From: Mesorhizobium sp.
Lineage (GTDB): Bacteria; Pseudomonadota; Alphaproteobacteria; Rhizobiales; Rhizobiaceae
Reading direction: 5' to 3'
NCBI GenBank assembly: GCA_963966365.1
Contig: CAWZZC010000027.1
Coordinates: forward strand, 65,989 to 129,988
Length of the DNA: 64,000 nt
Shown: positions 1 through 10,062 of the stretch, piece after piece
Layout: every line of letters begins with the position of its first letter
Position numbering within the stretch: position 1 is the first letter of the stretch
Notes under the pieces: model-generated
What the model was told of the DNA's origin: nothing
What the model saw: only the letters and a program-made list of their open reading frames with translations
Databases searched by the model: none
Position numbers and translations under genes: made by a program

Positions 1-129
1 CGTCAAGGCGACGCGCAGCTATGTCGTTTTGTCGACCTATCTCGAGCGGCCGGCGCAGCCTGGCGTGACGAAAGACTGGCCCACGCCGGCACAGGCGAAG
101 GAAAGGTCCAGCGGCAACGCTCTGCCGCA

Positions 130-882
130 TCAATTCTCCGGGTAATCGACCTGCGTCAGGTAGAGCCCGTCGGGTGGAGCGACGGGACCGCAGGCCTTGC
201 GGTCGCGTGCCTCGAGTGCGTCGCGCACGTCCCCGGCGCTCCATGCCCCTTCGCCGACCCGTTTCAGCGTGCCGACCATCGAACGCACCTGATTGTGCAG
301 AAAGGAGCGCGCCGAGGCCCTGATCTCAATGAGCTCGCCGTTCACGGTGACGTCCAGTCGGTCGAGCGTGCGCAGCGGGCTCTTGGCCTGGCACTGGACG
401 GACCGGAATGTCGTGAAGTCATGCCGGCCGACCAGTTCCTGCGCGGCCTCGTGCATGGCGCGGTGATCAAGCGGTCGTGACACCCACCAGGCGCGCTTGC
501 GCTCCAGCGCCAGTGGCGCGCGACGGTTGACGATGCGGTAGAGATAGTGACGCGCGGTGGCGCTGAAACGCGCATCGAAATCTTCGCCGACCATGGCCGC
601 GTGCAGAATCGCGACCTGTTCTCCTGCCATCTGCAGATGGGCATTGACGGCATTGCGCACCGTATCGTCCGGCCAGTCCTTCGCAAGATCGAAATGCGCC
701 ACCTGTCCGGTCGCATGAACGCCGGCATCGGTGCGCCCGGCGCCGCGCAAGGTGATCTCCTCGCCGCAGAAGCCGAAAATGGCCTGCTCCACTGCCGCCT
801 GTACGGAATGCTGGCCGGCCTGGCGCTGCCAGCCCGAATAGGCCGTTCCGTCATATTCGATGTCGATACGGTAGCGCTGCAT
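130..882 (-). CDS. truA: tRNA pseudouridine(38-40) synthase TruA
   Basis: 250-aa ORF. N-terminus [21 protein letters not shown] and the [11 protein letters not shown] catalytic-Asp motif are characteristic of TruA. Confidence 0.95.
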   Translation of the reverse strand: MQRYRIDIEYDGTAYSGWQRQAGQHSVQAAVEQAIFGFCGEEITLRGAGRTDAGVHATGQVAHFDLAKDWPDDTVRNAVNAHLQMAGEQVAILHAAMVGEDFDARFSATARHYLYRIVNRRAPLALERKRAWWVSRPLDHRAMHEAAQELVGRHDFTTFRSVQCQAKSPLRTLDRLDVTVNGELIEIRASARSFLHNQVRSMVGTLKRVGEGAWSAGDVRDALEARDRKACGPVAPPDGLYLTQVDYPEN

Positions 883-888
883 GACCCC

Positions 889-1386
889 TCAATCACCGAA
901 GGCGCGCGGATAGACAAGCCGGCCGTCGGCGGGGGCCTCGCCCCAGGCAAGGGCCTGGAGTGCGTCTCCCTGATAGACGCTGTCAAACCCGGCCGCGCGG
1001 GCACGGCTGTAGCCGAAACGCCGGTAATAAGCGGGATCGCCGAGGACGACGCTCAAGCGCTCGCCGGACGCGGAAAGCAGGCGATGTGCTTCATCGATCA
1101 ACGCGCTGCCCACGCCCCTGCCCTGATGATCGGGGGCAACGGCAAGCGGCGCCAGCGCCACCGCCGCGAAGGCTTCGCCGCTGCCTGCAATCATCAGGCG
1201 CGAAAACAGCAGGTGACCGACCGGAATGGCGTCGAACAGGGCGATGACTTCCAGCACCGCGTCGCCGTCGTCGACGATCCGCTCGACGAGTTCGGCCTCA
1301 TCCCTGCGTCCGAAGGCCGCCGTCTCGATGCGGAATACCGCGTCGCGGTCGGCGCCGTGCACCGGCCTGATGACAATGTCGTTCAT
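889..1386 (-). CDS. GNAT family N-acetyltransferase
   Basis: Track ORF 889..1608 trimmed to the ATG at 1386 ([10 protein letters not shown]...). [11 protein letters not shown] acetyl-CoA binding motif. The start overlaps the fmt stop by 4 nt. Confidence 0.8.
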   Translation of the reverse strand: MNDIVIRPVHGADRDAVFRIETAAFGRRDEAELVERIVDDGDAVLEVIALFDAIPVGHLLFSRLMIAGSGEAFAAVALAPLAVAPDHQGRGVGSALIDEAHRLLSASGERLSVVLGDPAYYRRFGYSRARAAGFDSVYQGDALQALAWGEAPADGRLVYPRAFGD

Positions 1387-2318
1387 TCCAGCCGGTCCCC
1401 GACGGCAATGCGCGTCCCGCGCAGGAAATCCGCGGCCGTAAGCGGCTTGCCGCCGGCGCGCTGAAGTTCGACAAGCCGCACCGCGCCGTTGCCGCAGGCC
1501 ACCGCAAGTTGGTCGTCGATCACCATGCCCGGTGTCCCGTGCCCTTGCGCCAGAGCCGAGCGAAGCACCTTCACGCGCTCCGGCTTGCCGGCGATCGTGA
1601 TTTCGCACCAGGCACCGGGAAAGGGCGAGAGGCCACGGACGTGGTTGTGAACCTCCTCGGCCGGTCGCGACCAGTCGATGCGTGTCTCTGCCTTGTCGAT
1701 CTTCTTCGCATAGGTCACGCCGATTTCGGCCTGCGGGGTCAAATCGAGTGCGCCGAACTCCAGATGCGTCAAAGCCTCGACCATCAGCGCCGCGCCCGCC
1801 TGCATCATCGTGTCGTGCAGTTCACCAGCCGTCATGTCGGGACCGATCCCGACCCCCTTGGAAAGCGCCACCGGGCCAGTGTCGAGGCCCTCCTCCATCT
1901 TCATCACCGTCATCGCGGTCTGGCGGTCGCCGGCCATCACGGCGCGCTGGATGGGAGCCGCGCCGCGCCAGCGCGGCAAGGCGGAGGCATGACCGTTGAA
2001 GGCGCCAAGCCTCGTGCCATCCAGTATCGGCTTCGGCAACAGGAGACCGTAGGCGACGACGACGGCAACATCGGCGGCGAGCGCACGGAACGCCGCCTGC
2101 TCTCCCTCGCCTTTCAGCGACACCGGCGTGCGCACTTCGAGGCCCAGCGCCTCCGCGGCCAGGTGGACAGGCGACTTTTTCAGTTCCAGCCCGCGTCGGC
2201 CCGCTGCACGCGGGGGCTGCGTGTATACCGCCACGATCTCGTGACCCGCCTCGGCAATCGCATTGAGGGTCGGAACCGAGAAGTCCGGCGTTCCCATGAG
2301 GATGACGCGAAGGGTCAT
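1383..2318 (-). CDS. fmt: methionyl-tRNA formyltransferase
   Basis: 311 aa. [19 protein letters not shown]-terminus and the [17 protein letters not shown] motif. Sits downstream of def, as in most bacteria. Confidence 0.95.
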   Translation of the reverse strand: MTLRVILMGTPDFSVPTLNAIAEAGHEIVAVYTQPPRAAGRRGLELKKSPVHLAAEALGLEVRTPVSLKGEGEQAAFRALAADVAVVVAYGLLLPKPILDGTRLGAFNGHASALPRWRGAAPIQRAVMAGDRQTAMTVMKMEEGLDTGPVALSKGVGIGPDMTAGELHDTMMQAGAALMVEALTHLEFGALDLTPQAEIGVTYAKKIDKAETRIDWSRPAEEVHNHVRGLSPFPGAWCEITIAGKPERVKVLRSALAQGHGTPGMVIDDQLAVACGNGAVRLVELQRAGGKPLTAADFLRGTRIAVGDRLE

Positions 2319-2464
2319 GGCGTGTCGGTGTCCACTGTGACGCTGAAATCAACCCGTCTGGCGGGCATTCGGACATCCGCTTCAAACGGGTTTACACGCC
2401 TGAGGTCAAGCCCGCCAACATCGCGTGCATTGCGTGACCACTGCGCGGCAGCCCAATGCGCGGC

Positions 2465-2995
2465 TTAGCCCACCATCCGGCTCGGAGCCTTGTCGCGGGC
2501 GAGTTTTCTGAATTTCTTGACCACCATGTCTCGCTTCAGCCGCGAGATGTGATCGATGAACAGCACACCGTTCAAGTGATCGATTTCATGCTGAAGACAG
2601 GTCGCAAGCAACCCGTCTGCAGTTACCTCCTGCTCCGTCCCAGCACGGTCGACATAGCGTACTGTGACCGACGCGGGACGTTCGACCTCGGCATAATAGT
2701 CCGGGATCGACAGGCAGCCTTCCTCATAGACGGATCGCTCATCCGAGCTCGCCACGATCTCCGGGTTGATGAAGACACGCGGCTCGCGGTCCTCATCCTC
2801 CTTGGACACATCGATGACGAGCATGCGCAACGGCTCTCCGACCTGGATCGCGGCCAGCCCGATGCCGGGCGCGTCATACATCGTCTCAAGCATGTCATCG
2901 GCGAAGCTGCGCACCGCATCGTCAACGCGCTCGACGGGTTTTGACACCTGGCGCAGCAATGGATCGGGAAGAATGATGAGCGGTTTGATTGCCAT
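2465..2995 (-). CDS. def: peptide deformylase
   Basis: 176 aa. The three PDF motifs are present: [15 protein letters not shown] and HEIDHLNG. Confidence 0.97.
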   Translation of the reverse strand: MAIKPLIILPDPLLRQVSKPVERVDDAVRSFADDMLETMYDAPGIGLAAIQVGEPLRMLVIDVSKEDEDREPRVFINPEIVASSDERSVYEEGCLSIPDYYAEVERPASVTVRYVDRAGTEQEVTADGLLATCLQHEIDHLNGVLFIDHISRLKRDMVVKKFRKLARDKAPSRMVG

Positions 2996-3032
2996 GGCGT
3001 TCAGTTAGTGGCTGGCACGAACGGCGTCAATG

Positions 3033-3080
3033 GAGATGCTGGGGGAGATGCTGGGGGAGATGCCTGGGGAGATGCTGGGG
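3033..3080. repeat. 4 x 12-nt tandem repeat (GAGATGCTGGGG; third unit GAGATGCCTGGG)
   Basis: Read directly. Units at 3033-3044, 3045-3056, 3057-3068 and 3069-3080. Lies in the divergent def/rmuC intergenic region. Confidence 0.9.
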
Positions 3081-3143
3081 TGACGCGGCATTTGTTCTCG
3101 TTTTGATCTTATGTCGGCCGACCGAATCGGCTAGGCTGGACAA

Positions 3144-4400
3144 ATGAACGCGTTCGCACCAGCCCTTTCCGAACCGGTCTTCCGGCTCGGCGCCACATCG
3201 ATCACGCTCGCTCATCTGCTGATGATTGGCGCCATTCTCATCGTCCTGTTGATGACAGCGCTCGTCCTGGCGCTGTGGAGCACCGCGCGGGCACGGACCA
3301 CCGCGGCGGCAGAAGCAGCCGAACATGCGCGCGAAGCCGAAGCCCGCATGGCGGAAATCACGCGCGCCCAATCGGAAATGCAGGGGCGCATGGCCACCAT
3401 CGCGGAGGTCTTCGGCTCCCGTCAGAGTGAGCTCAACAAGGCGATTTCCGAAAGACTCGACGCGATGACGGGCCGCATCGGGCAGACGATGAGCGAACAG
3501 ACGAAATCCACGCATGAGAGCCTCACCAAACTGCAGGAGCGACTCGCGGTCATCGATACCGCGCAGTCGAACATACAGTCGCTTGCCGGCCAGGTGGTGC
3601 AGTTGCAGCATATCCTTTCCAACAAGCAGACGCGCGGCGCCTTCGGCCAGTCGCGCATGGAGACCATCATCGCCGACGGCCTGCCGCTCGGCGCCTACGA
3701 ATTCCAGGCGACATTGTCGAACGGCAACCGGCCCGACTGCCTCGTGCGGATGCCCAACGACACCCCGTCTCTGGTCATCGACGCCAAGTTTCCACTGGAG
3801 TCCTGGAACGCGATGCGGGAAGCGAGGGAAAACGACAACGCGGAAGGTCACAAGCAGGCGATGCAGTCCTTTCGCCGGGACATGGAGGTCCATATCCGGG
3901 CCATCGCGGAGAAATACCTGATCGCCGGCGAGACGCAGGACACGGCCTTCATGTTCGTGCCGTCGGAATCGATCTTTGCCGGCATCCACGAGGATTTCGA
4001 GGCGGTCGTGCAAAAGGCGCACCGTTCCCGGATCGTCATCGTTTCGCCGTCTTTGCTCATGCTGTCGATCCAGGTCATCCAGGCGGTTCTGAAGGATGCC
4101 CGCATGCGCGAGCAGGCGCATCTGATCCAGGGCGAGGTGATCCGGCTCATGGAGGACGTCGGCCGGCTCGACGAGCGTGTGCGCAAGCTGCAGACGCATT
4201 TCATGCAGGCCAACAAGGACATCGATCTCATTCTCACTTCCTCCGACAAGATCACCAAGCGCGGCCAGAAGATCGAGGCGCTGGAGTTCGGTGGCGGCGA
4301 AAGCGAGAAGGGCGCGGCCCAGCCGCGAAAAGACGCCGAGCGCATGACCGAATCGCGCACCGGCTCGCTGCGGCTGCGACTTATCGACGGCGAGGACTGA
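3144..4400 (+). CDS. rmuC: DNA recombination protein RmuC
   Basis: 418 aa. N-terminal TM helix, a long coiled-coil, then an RmuC-type nuclease-like C-terminal region (PDCLVRMPNDTPSLVIDAKFPLESW). Confidence 0.85.
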   Translation: MNAFAPALSEPVFRLGATSITLAHLLMIGAILIVLLMTALVLALWSTARARTTAAAEAAEHAREAEARMAEITRAQSEMQGRMATIAEVFGSRQSELNKAISERLDAMTGRIGQTMSEQTKSTHESLTKLQERLAVIDTAQSNIQSLAGQVVQLQHILSNKQTRGAFGQSRMETIIADGLPLGAYEFQATLSNGNRPDCLVRMPNDTPSLVIDAKFPLESWNAMREARENDNAEGHKQAMQSFRRDMEVHIRAIAEKYLIAGETQDTAFMFVPSESIFAGIHEDFEAVVQKAHRSRIVIVSPSLLMLSIQVIQAVLKDARMREQAHLIQGEVIRLMEDVGRLDERVRKLQTHFMQANKDIDLILTSSDKITKRGQKIEALEFGGGESEKGAAQPRKDAERMTESRTGSLRLRLIDGED

Positions 4401-4639
4401 TCCTGGTCCCACAACCGCAGGCACTCTCGGCTCGACACGGTCAACGATGGGCGATGCAGCGTTCACCCTGCATTGACTGGTGAAGGAAGGGAATTGCGCC
4501 TATGTCTGACCGCGAGGGCATGTACCGCAAACAGCTCGTTTGAGCGGGACATGCTTCAAGATATTGATCTGGTGCGCATACCCTTGCTTCGAATGCTTCT
4601 CCTTGAAGCGAATGCATGCCAGGCAGCCCGGAGCAGGAC

Positions 4640-5710
4640 ATGGAACTTGGTCTCTACACATTCGCAGATGTCGGCGTCGATCCGGTCTCGGGCCGCGTGA
4701 CCGGGCCGCAGGAACGGCTGCAGAACCTGATCGAGGAGATCGAGCTGGCCGACCAGGTGGGACTGGATGTCTTCGGCCTCGGCGAGCACCATCGCCCCGA
4801 CTATGCCGTGTCGGCCACTGCCGTGGCGCTGGCGGCGGCGGCTTCGCGCACCAGGAACATCCGTCTGACCAGTGCCGTATCGGTCCTCAGCTCCGACGAC
4901 CCGATCAGAGTGTTTCAGCAATTCGCGACGCTCGATCTGATCTCGGGTGGCCGCGCCGAAATCATGGCCGGCAGAGGCTCCTTCATCGAATCCTTTCCGC
5001 TGTTCGGATACAACCTCGAGGATTACGACACGCTCTTCGCCGAAAAGATCGAGCTCCTGATCAAGTTGCGGCAGGGCGAACACATAGACTGGCCGGGCGG
5101 CAAACATACGCCGGCGATCAACGGACGTGGCGTGTACCCCCGACCGGTGCAAGATCCGCTGCCCCTGTGGATCGCCGTCGGCGGTACGCCGCAATCTGTG
5201 GCCCGCGCCGGCATGTACGGCCTGCCGCTGGCGCTTGCGATCATCGGCGGCGAGCCGCATCGCTTCGCGCCCTTGTTCGACCTCTATCGCAGAGCGGCCA
5301 CGCAGTCCGGCCACGATGCCGATGCGATGGCGACCAGCATCAACGTTCACGGCTTCGTCGGAGAAACGACCCGGGAGGCGGCCGACACCTTCTATCCGGC
5401 GCAGGCAGCGGTGATGAACCGCATCGGACGCGAGCGCGGATGGCCGCCGACATCGCGCGCCCAGTTCGACCTTTCCATCGGCCCGAAAGGCGCACAGTTC
5501 GTCGGCAGTCCGGCCGAGGTGACCGACAAGATCCTCGCCAACCACGAGCTTTTCGGCAATTCCCGCTTCCTTATCCAGATGGCGATCGGAATCATGCCGC
5601 ACGAAAAACTGATGAAGGCCATCGAGCTTTTCGGGACAAAGGTGGCACCCGCGGTGCGCAAGGCAACGGCCGGCCCGCGCCCCTCGAATCCCGGCGCCAG
5701 AGCCCCGTAG
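4640..5710 (+). CDS. LLM-class (luciferase-like) flavin-dependent oxidoreductase
   Basis: Track ORF 4616..5710. The likely start is the ATG at 4640 ([12 protein letters not shown]...). Luciferase-like monooxygenase pattern ([24 protein letters not shown]). Confidence 0.8.
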   Translation: MELGLYTFADVGVDPVSGRVTGPQERLQNLIEEIELADQVGLDVFGLGEHHRPDYAVSATAVALAAAASRTRNIRLTSAVSVLSSDDPIRVFQQFATLDLISGGRAEIMAGRGSFIESFPLFGYNLEDYDTLFAEKIELLIKLRQGEHIDWPGGKHTPAINGRGVYPRPVQDPLPLWIAVGGTPQSVARAGMYGLPLALAIIGGEPHRFAPLFDLYRRAATQSGHDADAMATSINVHGFVGETTREAADTFYPAQAAVMNRIGRERGWPPTSRAQFDLSIGPKGAQFVGSPAEVTDKILANHELFGNSRFLIQMAIGIMPHEKLMKAIELFGTKVAPAVRKATAGPRPSNPGARAP

Positions 5711-5821
5711 GATCGGTCATTGGCGGCGGAGCTTCGACATCTCCTGGATTTGGTCCCTTTTGTGAAATTCCGGACGGGGAACCGGTTTCCACTTCACCTC
5801 GAATTGCACTAGATATCCGGC

Positions 5822-6427
5822 ATGTCGAAGAGAATCGCCGGTCCAGAGATAGAACGTCTCATTCAGCTCCTGGCCAAGGTGCCCGGGCTCGGTCCGCGAT
5901 CGGCCCGGCGCGCTGCGCTGCATCTCATCAAGAAGAAGGAGCAGCTGCTCGCTCCGCTTGCCAGCGCGATGCACGAAGCCGTCGACAAGGTGCGGGTGTG
6001 TTCGACCTGCGGCAATGTCGACACGGCAGATCCCTGCACCATCTGCACCGATCCTCGGCGCGACGACGCCACCCTCATCGTGGTCGAGGACGTCGCCGAT
6101 CTGTGGGCGCTGGAACGGGCCGGAGCGATGAACGTGCGCTATCACGTGCTGGGTGGAACGCTCTCGCCGCTCGACGGGATCGGACCAGACGAGCTCAACA
6201 TAAAGAGCCTGATCGATCGGGTCGCCGCCGGTGGCGTCAAGGAGCTGATCATCGCCGTCAACGCCACCGTCGAGGGACAGACGACGGCCCACTACATTAC
6301 CGACCAGCTCGACGGCATGGAGGTCAAGGTCACACGGCTCGCCCATGGTGTGCCCGTCGGCGGCGAGCTGGATTATCTCGACGAGGGAACCCTGTCTGCC
6401 GCCCTAAGGGCGCGCACGTCGTTTTGA
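5822..6427 (+). CDS. recR: recombination mediator RecR
   Basis: 201 aa. HhH N-terminus, C4 zinc finger ([16 protein letters not shown]) and a Toprim domain. Confidence 0.97.
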   Translation: MSKRIAGPEIERLIQLLAKVPGLGPRSARRAALHLIKKKEQLLAPLASAMHEAVDKVRVCSTCGNVDTADPCTICTDPRRDDATLIVVEDVADLWALERAGAMNVRYHVLGGTLSPLDGIGPDELNIKSLIDRVAAGGVKELIIAVNATVEGQTTAHYITDQLDGMEVKVTRLAHGVPVGGELDYLDEGTLSAALRARTSF

Positions 6428-6455
6428 GTGGTCCGCACGGGAGGCGTTGACGCGG

Positions 6456-7706
6456 ATGAGGACAATGGCGGCAATCCTTCGCGTGTTCGGACCGGTTCTG
6501 GTCCTGCTGGCGGCGTTCTCCGCCAATCCTGCACGCGCCACCACGATCGACGCACAGTTTCGTGCCTGGCTTGAATCCGATCTCTGGCCGGCGGCGCAGG
6601 CCAATGGCGTGTCGCGGGCAACTTTCGATGCCGCATTCGACGGAGTGAAGCCGAACCTCAAGCTGCCGGACCTCGTACTGCCGGGCCAGAAGCCGGCGGC
6701 ACCAAAGACACAGCATCAGGCCGAGTTCGGCTCGCCAGCCGCCTATTTCTCCGAAAATGCCGTCGGCGGCGTGACAGGCGGCGGGCGGCGTCTGGCCCGA
6801 CAGCATGCCGATACGCTGTCCGCCATCGAAAGGCGCTTCGGCGTTCCGGCGGGCGTCGTACTTGCCATATGGGGACGGGAATCCGCCTTCGGACGCGCCA
6901 AGATCCCCCACGATGCCTTCGAGGTGCTTGGCACCAAGGCATTTCTCTCCACTCGCAGGGACATGTTCACGCGTGAGGTGCTCGCAGCGCTCATCATGGC
7001 CGAGCGGGGCCGCATCGCACCGCGCGCCATGAAGAGTTCGTGGGCGGGTGCGCTCGGCCAGCCGCAGTTCCTGCCGACCTCCTATCTCGAGCATGCGGTC
7101 GACATGGATGGCGACGGCAGCGCCGACATCTGGAACTCCGTGCCCGATACGCTTGGTTCCATCGCCAATTATCTCCACGCGCATGAATGGGTGCAGGGTC
7201 GCGACTGGGGTTTCGAAGTCACCGTCCCGGCGGGAGTGTCGTGCGCGCTCGAAGGCCCGGACCGCGGCAAGCCGATATCGCAGTGGGCCGCGATGGGCAT
7301 CGAGCGCGTGGGCGGCAAGCCATTTCCTGCCCACGAGGCGAACGGCGTCGGCTATCTGATGATGCCGGCAGGCCGCTACGGCCCGGCCTTCATCGTCACA
7401 CCGAACTTCTACGTTTTGAAAGACTACAACGAGAGCGATCTCTACGCACTTTTCGTCGGTCACAGCGCCGATCGTATCGCCTATGGCGACCGCCGCTTCA
7501 CGGGGACATGGAGGAAGGTGGATCGCCTCTATCGCTCCGACATCGCGGCCATGCAGCGCGGGCTCGAAAGGCGCGGCTATGACGTCGGCGGTGCCGATGG
7601 TCTGGCGGGCTTCAAGACGCGCCGCTCGATCGGCGACTGGCAGGCGAAGAACGGCACGACACCGACCTGCTTTCCGGATGCCGCGCTGGTTCGAGCGCTG
7701 AAGTAG
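6456..7706 (+). CDS. lytic murein transglycosylase (MltB/SLT_2 family) with a C-terminal peptidoglycan-binding domain
   Basis: The track start at 6447 is TTG. The ATG at 6456 follows a GGGAGG RBS. Signal peptide (LLAAFSANPARA). The C-terminus LQRGLERRGYDVGGADGLAGFKTRRSIGDWQ resembles PG_binding_1. Confidence 0.85.
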   Translation: MRTMAAILRVFGPVLVLLAAFSANPARATTIDAQFRAWLESDLWPAAQANGVSRATFDAAFDGVKPNLKLPDLVLPGQKPAAPKTQHQAEFGSPAAYFSENAVGGVTGGGRRLARQHADTLSAIERRFGVPAGVVLAIWGRESAFGRAKIPHDAFEVLGTKAFLSTRRDMFTREVLAALIMAERGRIAPRAMKSSWAGALGQPQFLPTSYLEHAVDMDGDGSADIWNSVPDTLGSIANYLHAHEWVQGRDWGFEVTVPAGVSCALEGPDRGKPISQWAAMGIERVGGKPFPAHEANGVGYLMMPAGRYGPAFIVTPNFYVLKDYNESDLYALFVGHSADRIAYGDRRFTGTWRKVDRLYRSDIAAMQRGLERRGYDVGGADGLAGFKTRRSIGDWQAKNGTTPTCFPDAALVRALK

Positions 7707-7827
7707 ATCCGACAGGACCTGTCTCCAGAAGCCTCCCCGTGGCCGAAAATCCGGGTGACAGACGGCGCGCATTTGGGCACTCTCTGCAACCACAGGGACG
7801 GACCACGGGATTGCGGAGGCGTTTCCC

Positions 7828-8379
7828 ATGAATATCCTCATGAATTTCCGGCACTGGATCAGCACCGGCGTCCTTGCGGCAGCCGCCCTGCTGGCGGCCT
7901 GCACCGTCGTGGAAGGGCCGGTCATGCCGCCGCCCGGCGTCGGGACGCGCCCACCTATCGCCTGCACGCGTGAGTATTCACCGGTCTGCGCTCAGCGCGG
8001 CAACAGCCGCCGCACCTTCTCCAATGCCTGCATCGCGCGCGCATCCGGGTACCGTGTCAATCACCGAGGCACCTGCGGCGCTGGCGGCCCCAGCGGCCGA
8101 CCACCGGCGGCCTGCACGCGAGAATATTCCCCGGTCTGCGGCCAGCGGGGCAACAACCGGCGCACCTTCTCCAACGCCTGCATGGCGCGCTCGGCCGGAT
8201 ATCGCATCGACTACCGAGGTGCCTGTCGCGGTGGTGGCGGTTCCGCGGGACGTCCGGTCGCCTGCACGATGGAGTATTCGCCGGTTTGCGCCAGAAGAGG
8301 CAACCAGCGCCGGACGTTCGGCAATGCTTGCCAGGCCCGGGCGAACAATTTCACCGTCGTGCGCCGGGGACGCTGCTGA
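7828..8379 (+). CDS. lipoprotein with three tandem Kazal-like serine-protease-inhibitor domains
   Basis: Signal peptide with lipobox LLAAC. Three 50-aa repeats carry AC-T-(R/R/M)-EYSPVC...RRTF-x-NAC...G-x-C. This closely parallels the ovomucoid third-domain loop [11 protein letters not shown]...TYGNKC. Confidence 0.7.
   Translation: MNILMNFRHWISTGVLAAAALLAACTVVEGPVMPPPGVGTRPPIACTREYSPVCAQRGNSRRTFSNACIARASGYRVNHRGTCGAGGPSGRPPAACTREYSPVCGQRGNNRRTFSNACMARSAGYRIDYRGACRGGGGSAGRPVACTMEYSPVCARRGNQRRTFGNACQARANNFTVVRRGRC
7960..8376 (+). repeat. three 150-bp in-frame tandem repeats encoding the Kazal-like units
   Basis: The string GCCTGCACG recurs at 7960, 8110 and 8260, an exact 150-nt period. The third unit is ended by the stop codon. 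Confidence 0.9.
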
Positions 8380-8391
8380 GAGGGATGGTCG

Positions 8392-8796
8392 CTACAAAGC
8401 GTCGATGACGCCCGCTTCGTCGACGCACACCTGCCGCCCCCGAAAGCGCCAGTGAAACGCCCGGTCAAGCTTCACGGCCGGAGGCGCAGGCCACCCCATT
8501 TCGCGTGCAACGACGAGACCGAGAAGCAGGATTGCGTCCGGCGCATGCAGCACGATCGCCGCGGGCGCGCGCTCGCGATGAACGAGTTCCATGAGCACCG
8601 CGGAGGCAGACGACGAGCCAATGGTGGCCGGCACGAAGAGGACCGTGCCGGTAACCGGCTGGCCGTATTGAGGATGGCGGACGTCCGATATGCGCCCGGT
8701 TGCCGGGTCGACCCCGCCCCAGAAGCTGATCGGCTGGTCAAGGACAAGCGCCGGACCGCGAGCCGGCCCACCGGGAACGAACAACTCGGCCTTCAT
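8392..8796 (-). CDS. aconitase X swivel-domain subunit (DUF126)
   Basis: 134 aa. FWGGVDPATGRI...VLFVPATIGSSSASAVLMEL is typical of DUF126/AcnX small subunits. ATGA overlap with the upstream large subunit. Confidence 0.8.
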   Translation of the reverse strand: MKAELFVPGGPARGPALVLDQPISFWGGVDPATGRISDVRHPQYGQPVTGTVLFVPATIGSSSASAVLMELVHRERAPAAIVLHAPDAILLLGLVVAREMGWPAPPAVKLDRAFHWRFRGRQVCVDEAGVIDAL

Positions 8797-10058
8797 CGCC
8801 CTGGCATCTCATCACCAAGGCGGGGACGACCTGAAACGGCGCTTTCCACACAATCGTCAAGCGATCCGTAGAGCACGTCGTAGCCGGTGTTGCCCGGCGC
8901 ATAATGCGCGAACTTGCCGGAGTTGGTCATCAGGACACCGGATGGGATGTCGGCCATGATCGGCGTGACGACCACGCAGGTGTCGGCGACAAAGGTTACG
9001 CCCGAGGCTTCCAGCGGTTTTCGCCGCGCCTGACGATCCAGCGCTTCCACGACATGCCTGCCTGTGCAGGCGTAGAGCGGGACACGCAGACGGCGGCCGG
9101 CAATGAGCTGCTCCAGCCGCGCGATCTCGTCTAGCGAGAGATGCGGGCTGCCGATGGCGACAGCGTCTATGCGCTCGGGCGCTTGGGCGGTCGACAGGCG
9201 CTGTTGCGCGTTCGCGACCATCTCCCGTGTCACGATAATGCGACGTCCCGGCGTCTCGCCACCACCTGCCGTCGCAACATCCGGGGCTTCCGGTGTGATG
9301 CCGGCAACATGAAAGAGCCCGACCGCACCCGACGACGCTGCCGCAGCCCCGAAACCCTTCAGCGCGTCTTCACCCGGATGCGCAGCAACACCGGCAACGA
9401 CACCCACGGCTTCGCCGATCTCGCGTCCGTAGAGGCTGCCGAGAACGGGCCACGCAATTTCGCTTTCGAGATAGGCGTTCGGCAGCCGTGAAAGATCGAA
9501 GACGATCTCGGCTCGACGGTTTTCCGGACGATGCAGGCCAACATCGGGAGCGCGCCCGGTGATTGCGCAGGCGATGTCGAGGAAGTCGCCATAGCGGTTC
9601 GTGCGCGCGCCGAGCACGGAATTGCAGAATGCGACCGCGTTGGATTCGCCCCAGGCCACGTCGCTGCCGATCGCCGGTCGGTGACCGGCCTGGTAGGGCG
9701 CACAGGTCCAGGTCGGCTCGCAGCCCATGGCCCTGTAGGCCTGCATCATGCGCTGCGCCATGGCTCGCTGGCGCCCCTCCAGCCGCACTCGGCAGCCCCC
9801 GGCGAGATCGAGCGCGCCGACGTTCAGCGTGGCGCGAACGGCCACCTTCGCCTTTCCGTCTACGAGGCGCTCAGCGAACAGCGTTCCTGAATCGCCGTGA
9901 TAGAGCGCTCCGTCGATGTGGGCGGATGCGATGGGGATAAGCCGCGCCGCGCCCAGCAGCCGCGCGCTTTCAGCGACGATCCGCATGGCCATTGCGGTGC
10001 CGGCACCCCGTTCGCCGGCCGCCATGGCGCGTTCTTCGGGGTTCAGCGCGAGGACCAC
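8793..10058 (-). CDS. aconitase X catalytic subunit (DUF521)
   Basis: Track ORF 8793..10172 runs into moeB, so I trimmed it to the GTG at 10058 (VVLALNPEERAMAAGERG...). The N-terminal LxxEExxMxxGxxG...IxIxSAHIDG pattern fits DUF521. Confidence 0.8.
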   Translation of the reverse strand: MVLALNPEERAMAAGERGAGTAMAMRIVAESARLLGAARLIPIASAHIDGALYHGDSGTLFAERLVDGKAKVAVRATLNVGALDLAGGCRVRLEGRQRAMAQRMMQAYRAMGCEPTWTCAPYQAGHRPAIGSDVAWGESNAVAFCNSVLGARTNRYGDFLDIACAITGRAPDVGLHRPENRRAEIVFDLSRLPNAYLESEIAWPVLGSLYGREIGEAVGVVAGVAAHPGEDALKGFGAAAASSGAVGLFHVAGITPEAPDVATAGGGETPGRRIIVTREMVANAQQRLSTAQAPERIDAVAIGSPHLSLDEIARLEQLIAGRRLRVPLYACTGRHVVEALDRQARRKPLEASGVTFVADTCVVVTPIMADIPSGVLMTNSGKFAHYAPGNTGYDVLYGSLDDCVESAVSGRPRLGDEMPGR

Positions 10059-10062
10059 GCTC

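Noticed and set aside
2-145. Open frame on the plus strand running from the window edge to the TAA at 143-145 (...[40 protein letters not shown]). It could be the 3' end of an upstream gene.
   Set aside because: It is too short to recognise, it would overlap the truA 3' end by 16 nt, and high-GC DNA gives such open frames by chance. I did not annotate it.
889-1608. N-terminal extensions of true genes in the ORF track: 889..1608, 8793..10172, 12094..13323, 17947..19230, 37226..38827, 39502..41562, 41388..43445, 48726..49208, 49433..51310, 52866..53909, 53461..54600, 54662..55288 and 61535..61912.
   Set aside because: The extensions run into the upstream gene or intergenic DNA, are Arg-rich nonsense, and precede an internal start that matches the family's conserved N-terminus. 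I trimmed them rather than treating them as fusions or novel domains.
4640-6427. recR lies about 43 kb from dnaX-ybaB (49496-51655), although dnaX-ybaB-recR is often contiguous. Both segments abut LLM-class oxidoreductases (4640-5710 and 51783-52772), which hints at recombination between paralogues.
   Set aside because: The two LLM proteins belong to clearly different subfamilies and show little sequence similarity, so homologous recombination between them is implausible. A single inversion cannot produce the observed same-strand order. It is a synteny curiosity only.
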